A stretch of 64,000 bases of DNA from Candidatus Poribacteria bacterium (GCA_965222225.1 CBDCTK010000002.1:3552001-3616000); one strand, 5' to 3'; shown: positions 18,377-28,410, numbered from the stretch's first letter. Numbers and translations: made by a program. The notes: generated from the letters alone by a model not told the origin.

Positions 18377-20776
18377 TTAACCCGACGTTTTCTCGAATCG
18401 CACACTAGCATGTATCAATTCGTTTGTTGGGCTGAAGGTCAACTCGAAAATCGGGGCATTCAAACTGTACTGATAGTTTGCGCCGTAACAGGATGTCCCT
18501 GCGGGGACGTACCCCTCCGGCACATGAATAAATAGTGTGCCCTTGCCGTGTCGGGGCAATTTGCAGACGGCGAGGAAACTTTGACTCTTTCGATCCCAGC
18601 CGGCAGACAGAATCTCCACGCCGCCCTGAGTAAAGTGAATGTCCGTGGAAATCAGTTGGGGTGTATCTCGTTCAGCACGTAAACAGAGGAGTCTTGCCGC
18701 ACGTGACGGCATATCCGACACGGCTACCCTTCCCCGGACGACGCCTAGGTATTGTCGATTCCAAAAATCGTGTACAAGATAGAATTTGGACGAATCTAAA
18801 CCGAGTGCGCCCAGATCCAAATTGACATCATCGACCTGGTCCTTCCAATTGAACACCCCCAAGATATTCCAAGAATCGAAGGAAGCCTTTACTTGCATAT
18901 GCCAAATCTGCGGAAACCTGGTCTGATAAAGATCTATCGGTGTTGCTGGCTTTCCGATGAGCGGAAACAGTTTCGCCAACAATTCCGCACGTGCCGGGCT
19001 CAACGATGAAAACTCGTCCGCACATGTCATAATCCCACCGCTTAAGGCTGCCGCCGTCAATGCCACAATGACTTCGTTCATAGGGCGCGGCTCGTTGATT
19101 GTTATTGCGCCGAACTCATTTGTCCACGCGGTGTTGTGCATTGACATATACGCGGCATGGGCACTAATTATGTGCTTCAACCCGCGCGAATCATTCCAAA
19201 GCCCACTAACAAGATGGTCGCCATCGGTCGCAAGTGGATAATTCAGTGAGAAGCCACCTATACTTGGCGTCGAGCACGTATTGTGTCCTTCGAGGAGAAC
19301 CTCCCTTGGGCTCTCGCCAATGACTTGGTTCAATAATTGGATTCCAAGGCGGTATAGTTCAACAGAGGTGAGCGATTTATCGTGCCAAACAAAATCGCCG
19401 AATTCTGCCAATGGTCCAATTGTATAAGACAACAGATTCACCTTGATGAGGTCATAACCCCACTCATCAACAATTTGTCGGAGGCGCTTCTGTATATTCG
19501 CTCGTGCTTCGCGCTGAGAAACGTCAAGTAATGCGACCGTCGTACCGCCTTCTAGCGTTACCGTGGCAGGTTTGTCGTCACGATTCTTCAGGAAGTATTC
19601 GGGATGGCGTTTAATTAAGTTGGAGTCGGCGGCGACGCTGAACGGATCGAATCGGATTCCGGTTTTCAAGCCCTTCGCGTGGATCTTGTCTACAACAGGT
19701 TTCATGCCATCAGGAAAGTATTGCGGGTGCACCGCGTTGCTCCCAATGGACTGCTGCCACTCATCTTCGATCTGGATGTATTCTACACTCCCCGGCTGCG
19801 ATGGATCGAACAACCGGTTTTGTGAAATCTGGCTGACTTGACCAAGAATATAGGCTGCATCTACCTGTTTCTTCTTGCCATTACGCTGGGCGTTCCATCC
19901 GGAAAATGCACTTTCCGATTTTTGCGCATTCATGCGTTTTGCGACCATTTCAGTGTAAAGTTGATAGGAGTCTATGGGGGGCGCACAAAAATTGAGGTAC
20001 GTGAGTTCCGACTTTATTTCCTTCCCCGGTCCACACGGTTGATGTTCACACCGATGAAGCAACGCCCAACTATCAATCCCCTTCTCTTTTTGATCCTTTT
20101 GCGTTTGAGAATCGTATCCGACATCAACGGTTGACCACCACTTATGGGCGCTAATAAAGCCGAATACTAGAGAACGTTGGCTGTTTGTATCGTAGAGGAC
20201 GCCGTCGTAACATGCCTGCGACGAGATTTGCTTGTTGATGCTGAACCCGTCATATATCTTCTTTACCCCTTGGTTGAGAGACGGATTCACATTGAGAAAA
20301 AGATGGTAATCCGAAGGGACACTTCCCAAGTAAACCCCTCCACGCGCGTCCGGATTGTGCGAGGACACGCCGATAACAGTGATCCGATCCAACGTAATGT
20401 CAGCATCACCTAGGTTCTCAACACCGACCGTCAGAATAATGTAAGGCGCTTTGCTATAGCACTTCAAATACAGGTTAATCCGTATACCCTTCGCCCTCGA
20501 TTGGCAGGAAAATTTCACCCGCTGATAAACGCCGAGTTCATCTTCTTGGGTGGCATCCGCGAGGAACTCACGAGTTCCATCGGACTCTGAAGTGGCGAGC
20601 GCTGTCCCATCCTGAAGTACAATCCTCGTGTAAGCATTTCTGATAATCGTATGTCCTGTCTGATCTACATAGTCCCATGTACCCTTTGAGAGATTGAACT
20701 TTACTTGAAACTGTTTGTTTTGTGCCACGACGGAACCACCTTGCCTCGTGACAGCCAAATCACTAACTCTTTGCAT
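18377..20776 (-). CDS. Alpha-galactosidase-like glycoside hydrolase (GH36/GH27 clan)
   Basis: SGWN, YIQIEDEWQ, FPDGMKPVVDKIHAKGLKTGI, WGYDLIKV, GVFNW; ATG 20776 after GGAGG. Confidence 0.75.
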   Translation of the reverse strand: MQRVSDLAVTRQGGSVVAQNKQFQVKFNLSKGTWDYVDQTGHTIIRNAYTRIVLQDGTALATSESDGTREFLADATQEDELGVYQRVKFSCQSRAKGIRINLYLKCYSKAPYIILTVGVENLGDADITLDRITVIGVSSHNPDARGGVYLGSVPSDYHLFLNVNPSLNQGVKKIYDGFSINKQISSQACYDGVLYDTNSQRSLVFGFISAHKWWSTVDVGYDSQTQKDQKEKGIDSWALLHRCEHQPCGPGKEIKSELTYLNFCAPPIDSYQLYTEMVAKRMNAQKSESAFSGWNAQRNGKKKQVDAAYILGQVSQISQNRLFDPSQPGSVEYIQIEDEWQQSIGSNAVHPQYFPDGMKPVVDKIHAKGLKTGIRFDPFSVAADSNLIKRHPEYFLKNRDDKPATVTLEGGTTVALLDVSQREARANIQKRLRQIVDEWGYDLIKVNLLSYTIGPLAEFGDFVWHDKSLTSVELYRLGIQLLNQVIGESPREVLLEGHNTCSTPSIGGFSLNYPLATDGDHLVSGLWNDSRGLKHIISAHAAYMSMHNTAWTNEFGAITINEPRPMNEVIVALTAAALSGGIMTCADEFSSLSPARAELLAKLFPLIGKPATPIDLYQTRFPQIWHMQVKASFDSWNILGVFNWKDQVDDVNLDLGALGLDSSKFYLVHDFWNRQYLGVVRGRVAVSDMPSRAARLLCLRAERDTPQLISTDIHFTQGGVEILSAGWDRKSQSFLAVCKLPRHGKGTLFIHVPEGYVPAGTSCYGANYQYSLNAPIFELTFSPTNELIHASVRFEKTSG

Positions 20777-21484
20777 TATGCGGGTTAAACCTCCATCTGA
20801 ACAAAAAACTGGAACCAGAGGTGCGTAGCGAATCAAGTTCTCTGAGAAAAGCGCGCATCTGCGGGTTCATGTCAAAAATACGTGTGAACCGTTTTTCGGG
20901 CATTCGACAGAAGTGTTTAAGTGAGGTCAGTCAAAGGATGAGAAAATTTCCGCCCTTTTTCACGGGTTTTCCTTTGACTATAGGGGGTTGCCCGAAGGGA
21001 GCAGGAGAGTGAAGGGGTGGGTGTGCCACATATTCTCGGGGTTATCTCTTGAACTTCAGACCGTTTGCGTAACGGCAGGGCTTTGATCCGAAACATCAAC
21101 GTGACTCAGGAGAACCGATTGCCACAACGAATTTGATAGGTGTCACACACACCTTGAATGATGAATCACCCTCGGCTAGCCAAGTATTTAAGTATAGCTT
21201 AGAGACCTCAACAAAGTCAAAAGCAAAATCTAAATTTGGCGGCGTAGATGTCAACAATCGTTGACCCCATACTTGTAGGGCACGCACTGCGACCAAGGGA
21301 AAGGATTCTATCTTGATTTGATGATTGAGATTATTTTCAAGGTAAATTGGGTTACTTCAAATGGCTTTTTAAACTGATTCTATACACGGTTTGACCGAGA
21401 ATCGCCAGTCCCCGATTTACCCTCTTACCCTTTCCTTGCTTAACTGGTCACTCGCCATTATCCACTGCCTTTCCGCATTTTCTT

Positions 21485-21513
21485 TTGTGTTCAAATTTCT
21501 ATTGGGGTATAAT
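21485..21513 (+). promoter_or_regulatory. sigma70-type promoter of moaDE
   Basis: TTGTGT-17 bp-TATAAT. Confidence 0.55.
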
Positions 21514-21578
21514 TGTTTTCAATGGCAGCCGATCAGACCATGGGATATGTCAACAGTACGCCTGCGCAAGGAGAGTTC

Positions 21579-21824
21579 ATGAAAGTTACAGTAAAATACT
21601 TTGCTGTGTGTCACGAAGAATTGGGGAGAGAGGAAGAGGAGATGGAGTTGCCAGAGGGGGCGACCTTAAGAGATATTCTGAATCGCCTTGAGGAGGAATG
21701 GCCCGAGATTACCGAGTTTTATCAGGTAATGCAGATGTCTGTTAACTGGGACTATGCAACAGAGGACACCGAACTCTCAGAGGGAGATGAGGTCGCACTG
21801 ATTCCGCCCGTGACGGGAGGTTAA
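21579..21824 (+). CDS. moaD: Molybdopterin synthase sulfur carrier subunit
   Basis: MKVTVKYFA...GDEVALIPPVTGG with C-terminal GG; AAGGAG RBS. Confidence 0.95.
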   Translation: MKVTVKYFAVCHEELGREEEEMELPEGATLRDILNRLEEEWPEITEFYQVMQMSVNWDYATEDTELSEGDEVALIPPVTGG

Positions 21825-21825
21825 G

Positions 21826-22269
21826 ATGTTCAAGATTACTCGTGAAATTATCTCCCCTCAAAGTGTCATTGGTGCCGTAGAAGCTGATAATGCGGGAGCA
21901 ATCGTGCATTTCATGGGAACCGTGCGGAACAACACGGGCGGACGCAAAACGTTGTACCTTGAATATGAAGCCTACGCGCCGATGGCGGAAAAAAAGATGA
22001 CGGAGATTGGCCAAGAGATTCAGGAGAAGTGGGGGCTGGAGCGCGTCGCTATGATTCATCGCGTCGGACGGCTGGAAATTGGCGAGGTGAGCGTTGCGGT
22101 CGCCGTTGCATCGCCACACCGCAGTGACGGATTCGAGGCGTGCAAATACGCCATGGATCGGCTCAAGCAGGTGGTGCCAATCTGGAAACGCGAAATCTGG
22201 GAGAATGGCGCAGAGGAGTGGGTGAAGCCGGATCCGATCTTTTTTGATGCCAATCGGGGCGTGCATTAG
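21826..22269 (+). CDS. moaE: Molybdopterin synthase catalytic subunit
   Basis: GAIVHFMGTVRN, LEYEAYAPMA, HRVGRL, SPHR, LKQVVPIWKRE. Confidence 0.97.
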   Translation: MFKITREIISPQSVIGAVEADNAGAIVHFMGTVRNNTGGRKTLYLEYEAYAPMAEKKMTEIGQEIQEKWGLERVAMIHRVGRLEIGEVSVAVAVASPHRSDGFEACKYAMDRLKQVVPIWKREIWENGAEEWVKPDPIFFDANRGVH

Positions 22270-22353
22270 GTCGGATTCATGACGCTTATCAAATTAGAGA
22301 TTTGACTAGGAGGCCTTACAATCACATCTTTTTCAACCCGCACCTCGCGGGCT

Positions 22354-23382
22354 TTACCTTTGCCACCACCTCTTGCCCCGAGATTTATTTCCTACCACCT
22401 CTTGGCCGGCAGTGGACTCCAACGACTTGAGCAAATGTGAGATCTCTTTGTCCTTCCCAGATATTGCTAGCGTTTCTTGACACGCCTTAATTGCGCGTTT
22501 GCCCATCGTTTCATTTCCCTCCGATTGATATGCAACCCCGCAAATTTGCGCGACTGCGCGATTATAGTCGGCAGGATCCACATCTCCTGGCGGGATGTCC
22601 CCTATCTGCTTAAGCGCCAATAATCCATCTTCCCATGACTGAGCCTTGGCATCACAGATTACCTTGTGACACAGCAAATCCGAGTTTGAATCGTCCAACC
22701 AATATGCCTGTTCGTAGCAGGCGGCGGCTTCGGCATAGGCTTCATTGACGACGTGCAATTTCGCCAGCTCGGTATAAAAAACGCATAGCCCACTTTCTTG
22801 AATCGTGTAGAGATTGGATCGCGTATTTGCGAGCCAGTCTCGTTCCTCTAGGAACTCAATCGCGCTATTCTTCTCCTCGTTGGTTATTATCACCTCGGTA
22901 AGTAGATGTTTTGCGACAGCCGCGTTCGGGTAGATTTTTGTACGGCTCTTCATGAGGGGGTAGGCTTGCACCCCTTTATCCATCTGAAGAAGCTTCAAGC
23001 CAGTCGCAATTCGGAACAGAGAGACAATCTGGTCGCTATTCTTCCGCGCCCTTTCTTCAAAAATTACCTGCTGATTTTGCGCTATGTGTCGGTTTAACAC
23101 GCTCAACTCGTCTTTATATTCCGTAACCCCGGGACTGAGTTGGTGCGCCTTGCCAAGAAACCTTTGCGCGGCAAAAATCTCATTCCATTCTCGATAGATT
23201 AAACCGAGCTGAAAATTCACCTGAGCGAGCAAATCGGTCTCGGACGCGATAAGCATGATAGCATCATAGGCTTGGATCGCACTTGCCAATTCTCCCTCAT
23301 CAGTCAAAGTTTGGGCATGACCGATAAGTTCATCCAGCGAAGACCGTACGCTATCCTTGTTTAGGAGAAAATCCTTCCGCAT
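22354..23382 (-). CDS. TPR-like helical repeat protein
   Basis: Degenerate TPR units (FQLGLIYREW...AHQLSP; AEAAACYEQAYWLD). Confidence 0.65.
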   Translation of the reverse strand: MRKDFLLNKDSVRSSLDELIGHAQTLTDEGELASAIQAYDAIMLIASETDLLAQVNFQLGLIYREWNEIFAAQRFLGKAHQLSPGVTEYKDELSVLNRHIAQNQQVIFEERARKNSDQIVSLFRIATGLKLLQMDKGVQAYPLMKSRTKIYPNAAVAKHLLTEVIITNEEKNSAIEFLEERDWLANTRSNLYTIQESGLCVFYTELAKLHVVNEAYAEAAACYEQAYWLDDSNSDLLCHKVICDAKAQSWEDGLLALKQIGDIPPGDVDPADYNRAVAQICGVAYQSEGNETMGKRAIKACQETLAISGKDKEISHLLKSLESTAGQEVVGNKSRGKRWWQR

Positions 23383-23396
23383 ATGTCATCCGTGTC

Positions 23397-23615
23397 TTAT
23401 ATCTCAGCGGGATTGTCAGACACCCAGTCTTGGGTGTTCTCGGTAAATCGATCTGCCAACTCTTCCGAAATCGTCTGCTTGAGCAGTTCGATGAGATCCT
23501 GGCGAAATTTTCCCCAATCTCCTCCTCGTCGTGTAAATCGATACTCGCTATCGATCTCGACAAACATTGTGTCCTTCGGTTGAGAAAGAGATTCAAAGTA
23601 ACGCACAACTTTCAT
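23397..23615 (-). CDS. Hypothetical protein (72 aa), co-transcribed with the TPR gene
   Basis: ATG after GGAGG; promoter directly upstream; 14-bp gap to the next gene. Confidence 0.7.
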   Translation of the reverse strand: MKVVRYFESLSQPKDTMFVEIDSEYRFTRRGGDWGKFRQDLIELLKQTISEELADRFTENTQDWVSDNPAEI

Positions 23616-23631
23616 ACCGCCTCCACGAATT

Positions 23632-23663
23632 ATTGTAGATTGAAAATTGACATCCGTCAATTT
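23632..23663 (-). promoter_or_regulatory. sigma70 promoter with an overlapping palindromic operator
   Basis: TTGACG-17 bp-TACAAT (23660-23632); AAATTGAC-N4-GTCAATTT at 23644-23663. Confidence 0.65.
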
Positions 23664-23712
23664 ATACTATTTTAAGATTAGAACTTTGCGGGTTCCCGGT
23701 AGGGAATAATGA

Positions 23713-23783
23713 GGGAGTTCTATCGCCTTGGGATCTCTATCGCACTCCCTGTTCGGTCATTTGATCTATCCGCTCGGTTGATC
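23713..23783 (-). repeat. Dispersed modular repeat copy 3 (A+A+B+B)
   Basis: Reverse complement GATCAACCGAGCGGATA-GATCAAATGACCGAACA-GGGAGTGCGATAGAGATCCC-AAGGCGATAGAACTCCC. Confidence 0.8.
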
Positions 23784-23805
23784 GTCCTATAATTTTACTT
23801 GAACT

Positions 23806-25197
23806 TCATTTTAATTGGATCAAGACTGCCCAATGATCTTCGGTCGGAGCAGACAATGTCATGCTATCGCTGAAACGGATTTTCTTTTTCCGTGTCCATT
23901 CGCTTTTGCCGATATCTAGCCATCTGATTGTTAGCGTTTTGGTATCTGTCCTCTCACCAGCACCCAGATTGATATCGACCGAACCGCCACTCGGAAAGTA
24001 GATAGCGTATTCTCGTCCCGGGTTTGCGATGGCATACGCGCTGTTTTCTGCCCTGCTGGAAAGCAAGTCATTGTGAGGTTCACACGTAAAAATATCCATT
24101 TTGTCCGTAAGGCTTCGCATAGTTTTGATGTGTGCTTGTGCGGTTTCGTTCAGACCGATCCCGCCGTCAGGACGGTGAAACCGGGCTGACGCCAATCCGC
24201 CGAGAATATTTCGCCAAAACCGCTCCAACCCATCCTGTGTACTGCCGAATCGTCCTCCATCAGCGCCGTAAATCTTAATATTATTGATAGGACGGATCGG
24301 CGAGAGTTTTTCCCGATATCTTTGGGCGTTATCCCAATGCCTCTGCCTTTTCTGATGGTTATTCTGTGATAAATCACAAAACGAGTAGGTTTCAGGATGG
24401 TCGAATGTTGCTCTATGCTTCTCGTCGAATATATCCCACGGACCCCACATCTCCGTAGTCTCAACGGTGCGGCCGGCCGCTGCTGCCTGTTTCTGGATGT
24501 ACGTTGCCCAGTACTCGCCCCATTCAGGAGTGACAGCGGTCTCGTTGTCCATGCAGTAGAGCACATGCCCATACTGAAGCGTCTCAGACAGAAGTTTACC
24601 CACAAATTTTTGCTGATATTTTAAGACAATCTGCTGATTGCGCTCTTTCGGCACAGACCAGAAACAATTGTTCGCCGACGCAACAGGATGGCTTTTGACA
24701 ACAGTGGGTAGCCCTGTCTCCTCTGCAGTGTAATTACTATTATTTTTGGGATTGAAAGGATTAGCATCCCAAGGCTCGCGGTAATAGTTGAAGGTTGCCC
24801 ACACCTCAATCTGGACGATAATATCTAATTCGCGGGTCAATGTAATGAAGGCACGAAAACGTCTCCAAAATTCGTTGTTCCACTGATTTAAGTCAAATCG
24901 GTCTCCGACCTTTTTGAATGGCGGCACATCGCCTTCATCAACCCAACTCATCGTAGACCGTACATAATTACCACCGACCGACTTCAGCAGTTCAAGATGC
25001 TCTTTGAGATTGGGAATCTGAAATAGATTATCCTCGACTGATCCGCCGATTAGCAGAATCGGCTCACCTTTATACTGCCAATAACGCGGGTTTGCTGGAT
25101 AAATCCCGATCCGCTCTTTTTCCATCCCTGTGTCCTCTTCGGCTTTGGTTTCCTGTGCTGCCGAGCAAAGAGGTATGAATGTAACCAAAGCTAACAC
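23806..25197 (-). CDS. Secreted TIM-barrel glycoside-hydrolase-like protein with a C-terminal beta domain; true start probably 25238 via a 1-nt frameshift
   Basis: Signal peptide; NPRYWQYKGEPILLIGGS, GGNYVR, YCMDNE (clan-A-like NE), YAIYFPSGGSV. Confidence 0.7.
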   Translation of the reverse strand: MLALVTFIPLCSAAQETKAEEDTGMEKERIGIYPANPRYWQYKGEPILLIGGSVEDNLFQIPNLKEHLELLKSVGGNYVRSTMSWVDEGDVPPFKKVGDRFDLNQWNNEFWRRFRAFITLTRELDIIVQIEVWATFNYYREPWDANPFNPKNNSNYTAEETGLPTVVKSHPVASANNCFWSVPKERNQQIVLKYQQKFVGKLLSETLQYGHVLYCMDNETAVTPEWGEYWATYIQKQAAAAGRTVETTEMWGPWDIFDEKHRATFDHPETYSFCDLSQNNHQKRQRHWDNAQRYREKLSPIRPINNIKIYGADGGRFGSTQDGLERFWRNILGGLASARFHRPDGGIGLNETAQAHIKTMRSLTDKMDIFTCEPHNDLLSSRAENSAYAIANPGREYAIYFPSGGSVDINLGAGERTDTKTLTIRWLDIGKSEWTRKKKIRFSDSMTLSAPTEDHWAVLIQLK

Positions 25198-25366
25198 AAG
25201 CTTGCCGAGGGCTAACTGTTGTCCCCACAGACTTTCATAAAATTCTCCGGAATTAGTAGCTTGTAGCTTTTAGACTGACGACAAACATAAAACTTGGTAC
25301 CCTGTCGTAAATCTTTTCGTCACACGTAGATGTCCATAGTGACTATTCTTCTCGTAGGAGTTTGCT

Positions 25367-26221
25367 ATGGACATTTTGAATCTTATGAAAGAGTTTCCAA
25401 ATCAAGAATCTTGTCTCAGATTTATAGAGGAAAAACGTTGGAAGGACGGTGTTTGCTGTATCCACTGTGGCAGTGAAAAAGTTGGACGCAAGAACAAAAA
25501 CGACATTACTACTGGTTGGAATTGCTACGATTGTGAATCTAGCTTTTCGGCTACAGCAGGAACCATCTTCCATGGTACCAAGATACCTCTCCAGAAATGG
25601 TTTTTGGCTATCTCAATTCTTTCCAATGCCAAGAAAAGCATATCGAGTTGTCAGCTTGCTCGTGACTTGGACATGAATCAAAAGTCCGCTTGGTATATGG
25701 CAATGCGCCTCCGTGAGAAAATGAGTGATAGTGATGAATTGCTGAAAGGGATAGTTGAAGCGGACGAAACCTATGTCGGCGGCAAACCCAGAGCAAAATC
25801 TAAGAGAGGTAGAGGCACAAATAAATCTCCCGTCATCGGCGTAGTCGAGAGAGGCGGTCGGGTGGTTGCTAAATTCATGAAGGTTCTATCTGGTGAAAAT
25901 ATCAGAGAATTCATCCTTAGCAATGTCTCACCCGATGAGTCTATTCTTATGACTGATGAATTTCGCTCTTACAATAGTCTGGACGAAGATATCGAAAGAC
26001 ATGTTATCCATCACCAAGAGAGATATGTTTCTGAGGACGGCGTAACTCACACCAACACCATCGAGTCGTTTTGGGCTTGTGTCAAGAGGTCATTCTACGG
26101 AACGCATCATCACTACAGCAAGAAGTGGCTGCCACTGTATATCATGGAGTCTTGCTGGAAATATAATCGCAGAAAAGATGATGAGATTTTCATAAGATTT
26201 TTTGATGAATGCTTCACCTGA
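25367..26221 (+). mobile_element. IS1595-family transposase
   Basis: Zn ribbon CIHC...CYDC, GTIFHGTK.PL.KWF, EADETYVGG, MTDE, HTNTIESFW; ends not identified. Confidence 0.93.
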
Positions 26222-26572
26222 GCCACATGAATTGTTTGGCTATCGGTATATTCTGTCAACGACAACATCATGGTGTGCTGAAAATCCCATAGTGTTGGAA
26301 ATTAAAATCCCGCAGATAACCCGCAATGCTCCCGCGAGCATGTACAAACGCTTGGTCAACATGATATGCCTCCATTTCTCTCTTATAGAGATGTATTTTA
26401 GTGTGAATCAAGATTCCGAACACTGTCTAAAGTTATTGTACATTAAGAAGAGAAAAGCAAGCAAATCGACCAAAAAGCAGTTAACTACTAAGTCCCAAAT
26501 TCTCTCCTGAACATAAGCAAAATATGAGGGACTTGAAGCTCCATCGCTAATTTAGACCACAAATAAGCACAG

Positions 26573-27040
26573 TTAAGACGAGAGTTGTTGCTCAAATTCA
26601 ACCGGCGTCAAATAACCGAAAGCCGAGTGAGGTCGTTTTTGGTTATAAACTTGTACAATAAAATGACCGATTCGCTCTCTGGCGTCGTTTGTATCATTGT
26701 ATTCATTGAAATGGACTTCTTCTTCCTTGAGGGTTCGGATAAGTCTTTCGGCATAGCCGTTCTCCCAAAGACGCCCCCGATGCGCCAAGGAAATCTCAAT
26801 TCCATGACCAATGAGGATGGAAATATAAGCTGTCGACAGATACTAATCCCCTTGGTCACTAAGGTGGATTTCCGGAACGCTTTGGATCAATGCCTGTTGC
26901 AACGGTCTCAATGTGAGCGGTTCTGTCAAGTGCCGACTCAGTCGCCTACCTCTTACACCATTCGGGTGAACACATCAATTAACACCGAAACACAGACGAA
27001 TTGCCCCTTGAGCCGGACCTAAGTAATATCACCGACCCAA
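26573..27040 (-). pseudogene. Degraded IS3-family transposase (integrase core)
   Basis: WVGDIT*VRL...LIDVFTR with stops and frameshifts, then ENGYAERLIRTLKEE...YNQKRPHSAFGYLTP. Confidence 0.88.
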
Positions 27041-27043
27041 GCC

Positions 27044-27445
27044 TTACAGATTCTTCTTATACTTGATAAAAGTCGCTTCGATCCGTCTTTCCTCTTGGAC
27101 ATTCGTAGTAGCAATACCGGTTGTGCTTCCCTGATCTGTTCCCTCATTGTAGGTGGTTGTTTCTCCGATCTGTACTCGATCGAATCCGTGGATAATGATT
27201 CCATCAGCACCTTTCTCGCGTGCCTCTTCTAATAATTCTTCCTGCAGTTCTTCTGTGCTGATACGTGTACCCGCGTGTGCAATGGCACGTCCCATCACTA
27301 CATAATCTTCCTCTACATCGGCCTCTGAAAAGTAAAGGTCAACATGGGTGGTACCCTCATAGGATGTGCCAATATAGTCGACTCGTTCGGCACAAGCGCC
27401 AACGAATAGGACCAATACCAAGAGTGAAACAGTGTATTTGAACAT
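27044..27445 (-). CDS. Small lipoprotein (YbjQ/heavy-metal-binding-like fold)
   Basis: Lipobox FVGAC; LLEEAREKGADGIII; AGGAGG RBS. Confidence 0.75.
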   Translation of the reverse strand: MFKYTVSLLVLVLFVGACAERVDYIGTSYEGTTHVDLYFSEADVEEDYVVMGRAIAHAGTRISTEELQEELLEEAREKGADGIIIHGFDRVQIGETTTYNEGTDQGSTTGIATTNVQEERRIEATFIKYKKNL

Positions 27446-27512
27446 GACGACCTCCTATGGAAGTAAAAGTTTGGTGTATAATGGTCCCCCCATATTCGGG
27501 CGATGAGTTAAG

Positions 27513-27669
27513 TAACCCGAGTTGCTACCTATAACAAAGAAACCGAGTTTTTGGTTAACGAGCGCTAGATTGTGGGCAAATCGATTAGATTTCCCTCAAA
27601 CTCGCGCCTCTCCGTCGGAAAAAACTCGGTTTCTACTCATTGTTCTAATCATGGTGGCAACTCGGGTTA
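27513..27669. mobile_element. MITE-like element with terminal and internal inverted repeats
   Basis: TAACCCGAGTTGCTACC ... GGTGGCAACTCGGGTTA (1 mismatch); inner AGAAACCGAGTTTTT/AAAAACTCGGTTTCT; TA at both ends. Confidence 0.75.
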
Positions 27670-28410
27670 ATTAACTCTAGAACTCCACTCGCAAATCCTC
27701 CAACCCGACTCAGTTGCTATTTGACGGAGCGCTTTGCCCGGATTCACGACAACGGGTGTGCCGACACAACGTAGCATCGGTAAATCCGCGCGACTATCAC
27801 CGTAAGCGAAACTCCCGGCGAGTTCAATCCCATGCTTTTTAGCGAAGGCTCTCACCACCCGCGCCTTTTCCTCCTCGCCCAGTGGCGGCGACATCAACTC
27901 ACCCGTGAACCTCCCATCTTGTTTACGGAGAGACATGGACAAAATGTGGTCTGCACCCAAATAGTCTGCAAGCGGAGTCATAATGAAATCGAGCGAACCG
28001 GTTACGAGCACGACAAAATCGCCCTTGGCTTTGTGTTCACGAATCCGATCCGCCGCGGCAGGATAGATTTTCGAGCCAAGCAGGGCATCGAATGTCTCTG
28101 AAGCCAAGCATCTCAGCCGTTCTACCTCCATCCCTCGGTAGTTCCGGTAAAAAACCTGATTAAATTTGGTGCGGCTCACGCGGTCCAAAAGGAGGTAGTA
28201 AGGGATTTTCAGAAGGAAGCCAGCCAGCCAAAACGGGCGTATCAGAGGGTGGAGCAGCAGCAACCTAAACCGCACATAGTAGTGAACGATGGTCGAATTC
28301 ACAAGGGTTCCGTCAACGTCGAAGAAGGCAGCCACCTGCGGGTTGGCATCATTGCCATTTGTGCATTCCGTCGCACCGTGAGACTCCATAGTCACATTGG
28401 GGCTATTCAT
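27667..28410 (-). CDS. HAD-IB family phosphatase (ElbB-like)
   Basis: AFFDVDGTL, VLVTGS, AYGDSRADLPML; start overlaps the end of the upstream gene. Confidence 0.9.
   Translation of the reverse strand: MNSPNVTMESHGATECTNGNDANPQVAAFFDVDGTLVNSTIVHYYVRFRLLLLHPLIRPFWLAGFLLKIPYYLLLDRVSRTKFNQVFYRNYRGMEVERLRCLASETFDALLGSKIYPAAADRIREHKAKGDFVVLVTGSLDFIMTPLADYLGADHILSMSLRKQDGRFTGELMSPPLGEEEKARVVRAFAKKHGIELAGSFAYGDSRADLPMLRCVGTPVVVNPGKALRQIATESGWRICEWSSRVN

Noticed and set aside
21050-21130. c-di-GMP-I riboswitch on the minus strand (GGCAAA...ACGCAAA...GGTCT)
   Set aside because: The GAAA tetraloop stem and spacing do not fit; an Infernal search would be needed.
26202-26510. 102-aa plus-strand ORF as an IS passenger gene
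   Set aside because: No RBS or motif; AT-rich; overlaps a better minus-strand start signal.
25290-26560. Terminal inverted repeats and TSD of IS1595
   Set aside because: No convincing matching ends were found by eye.
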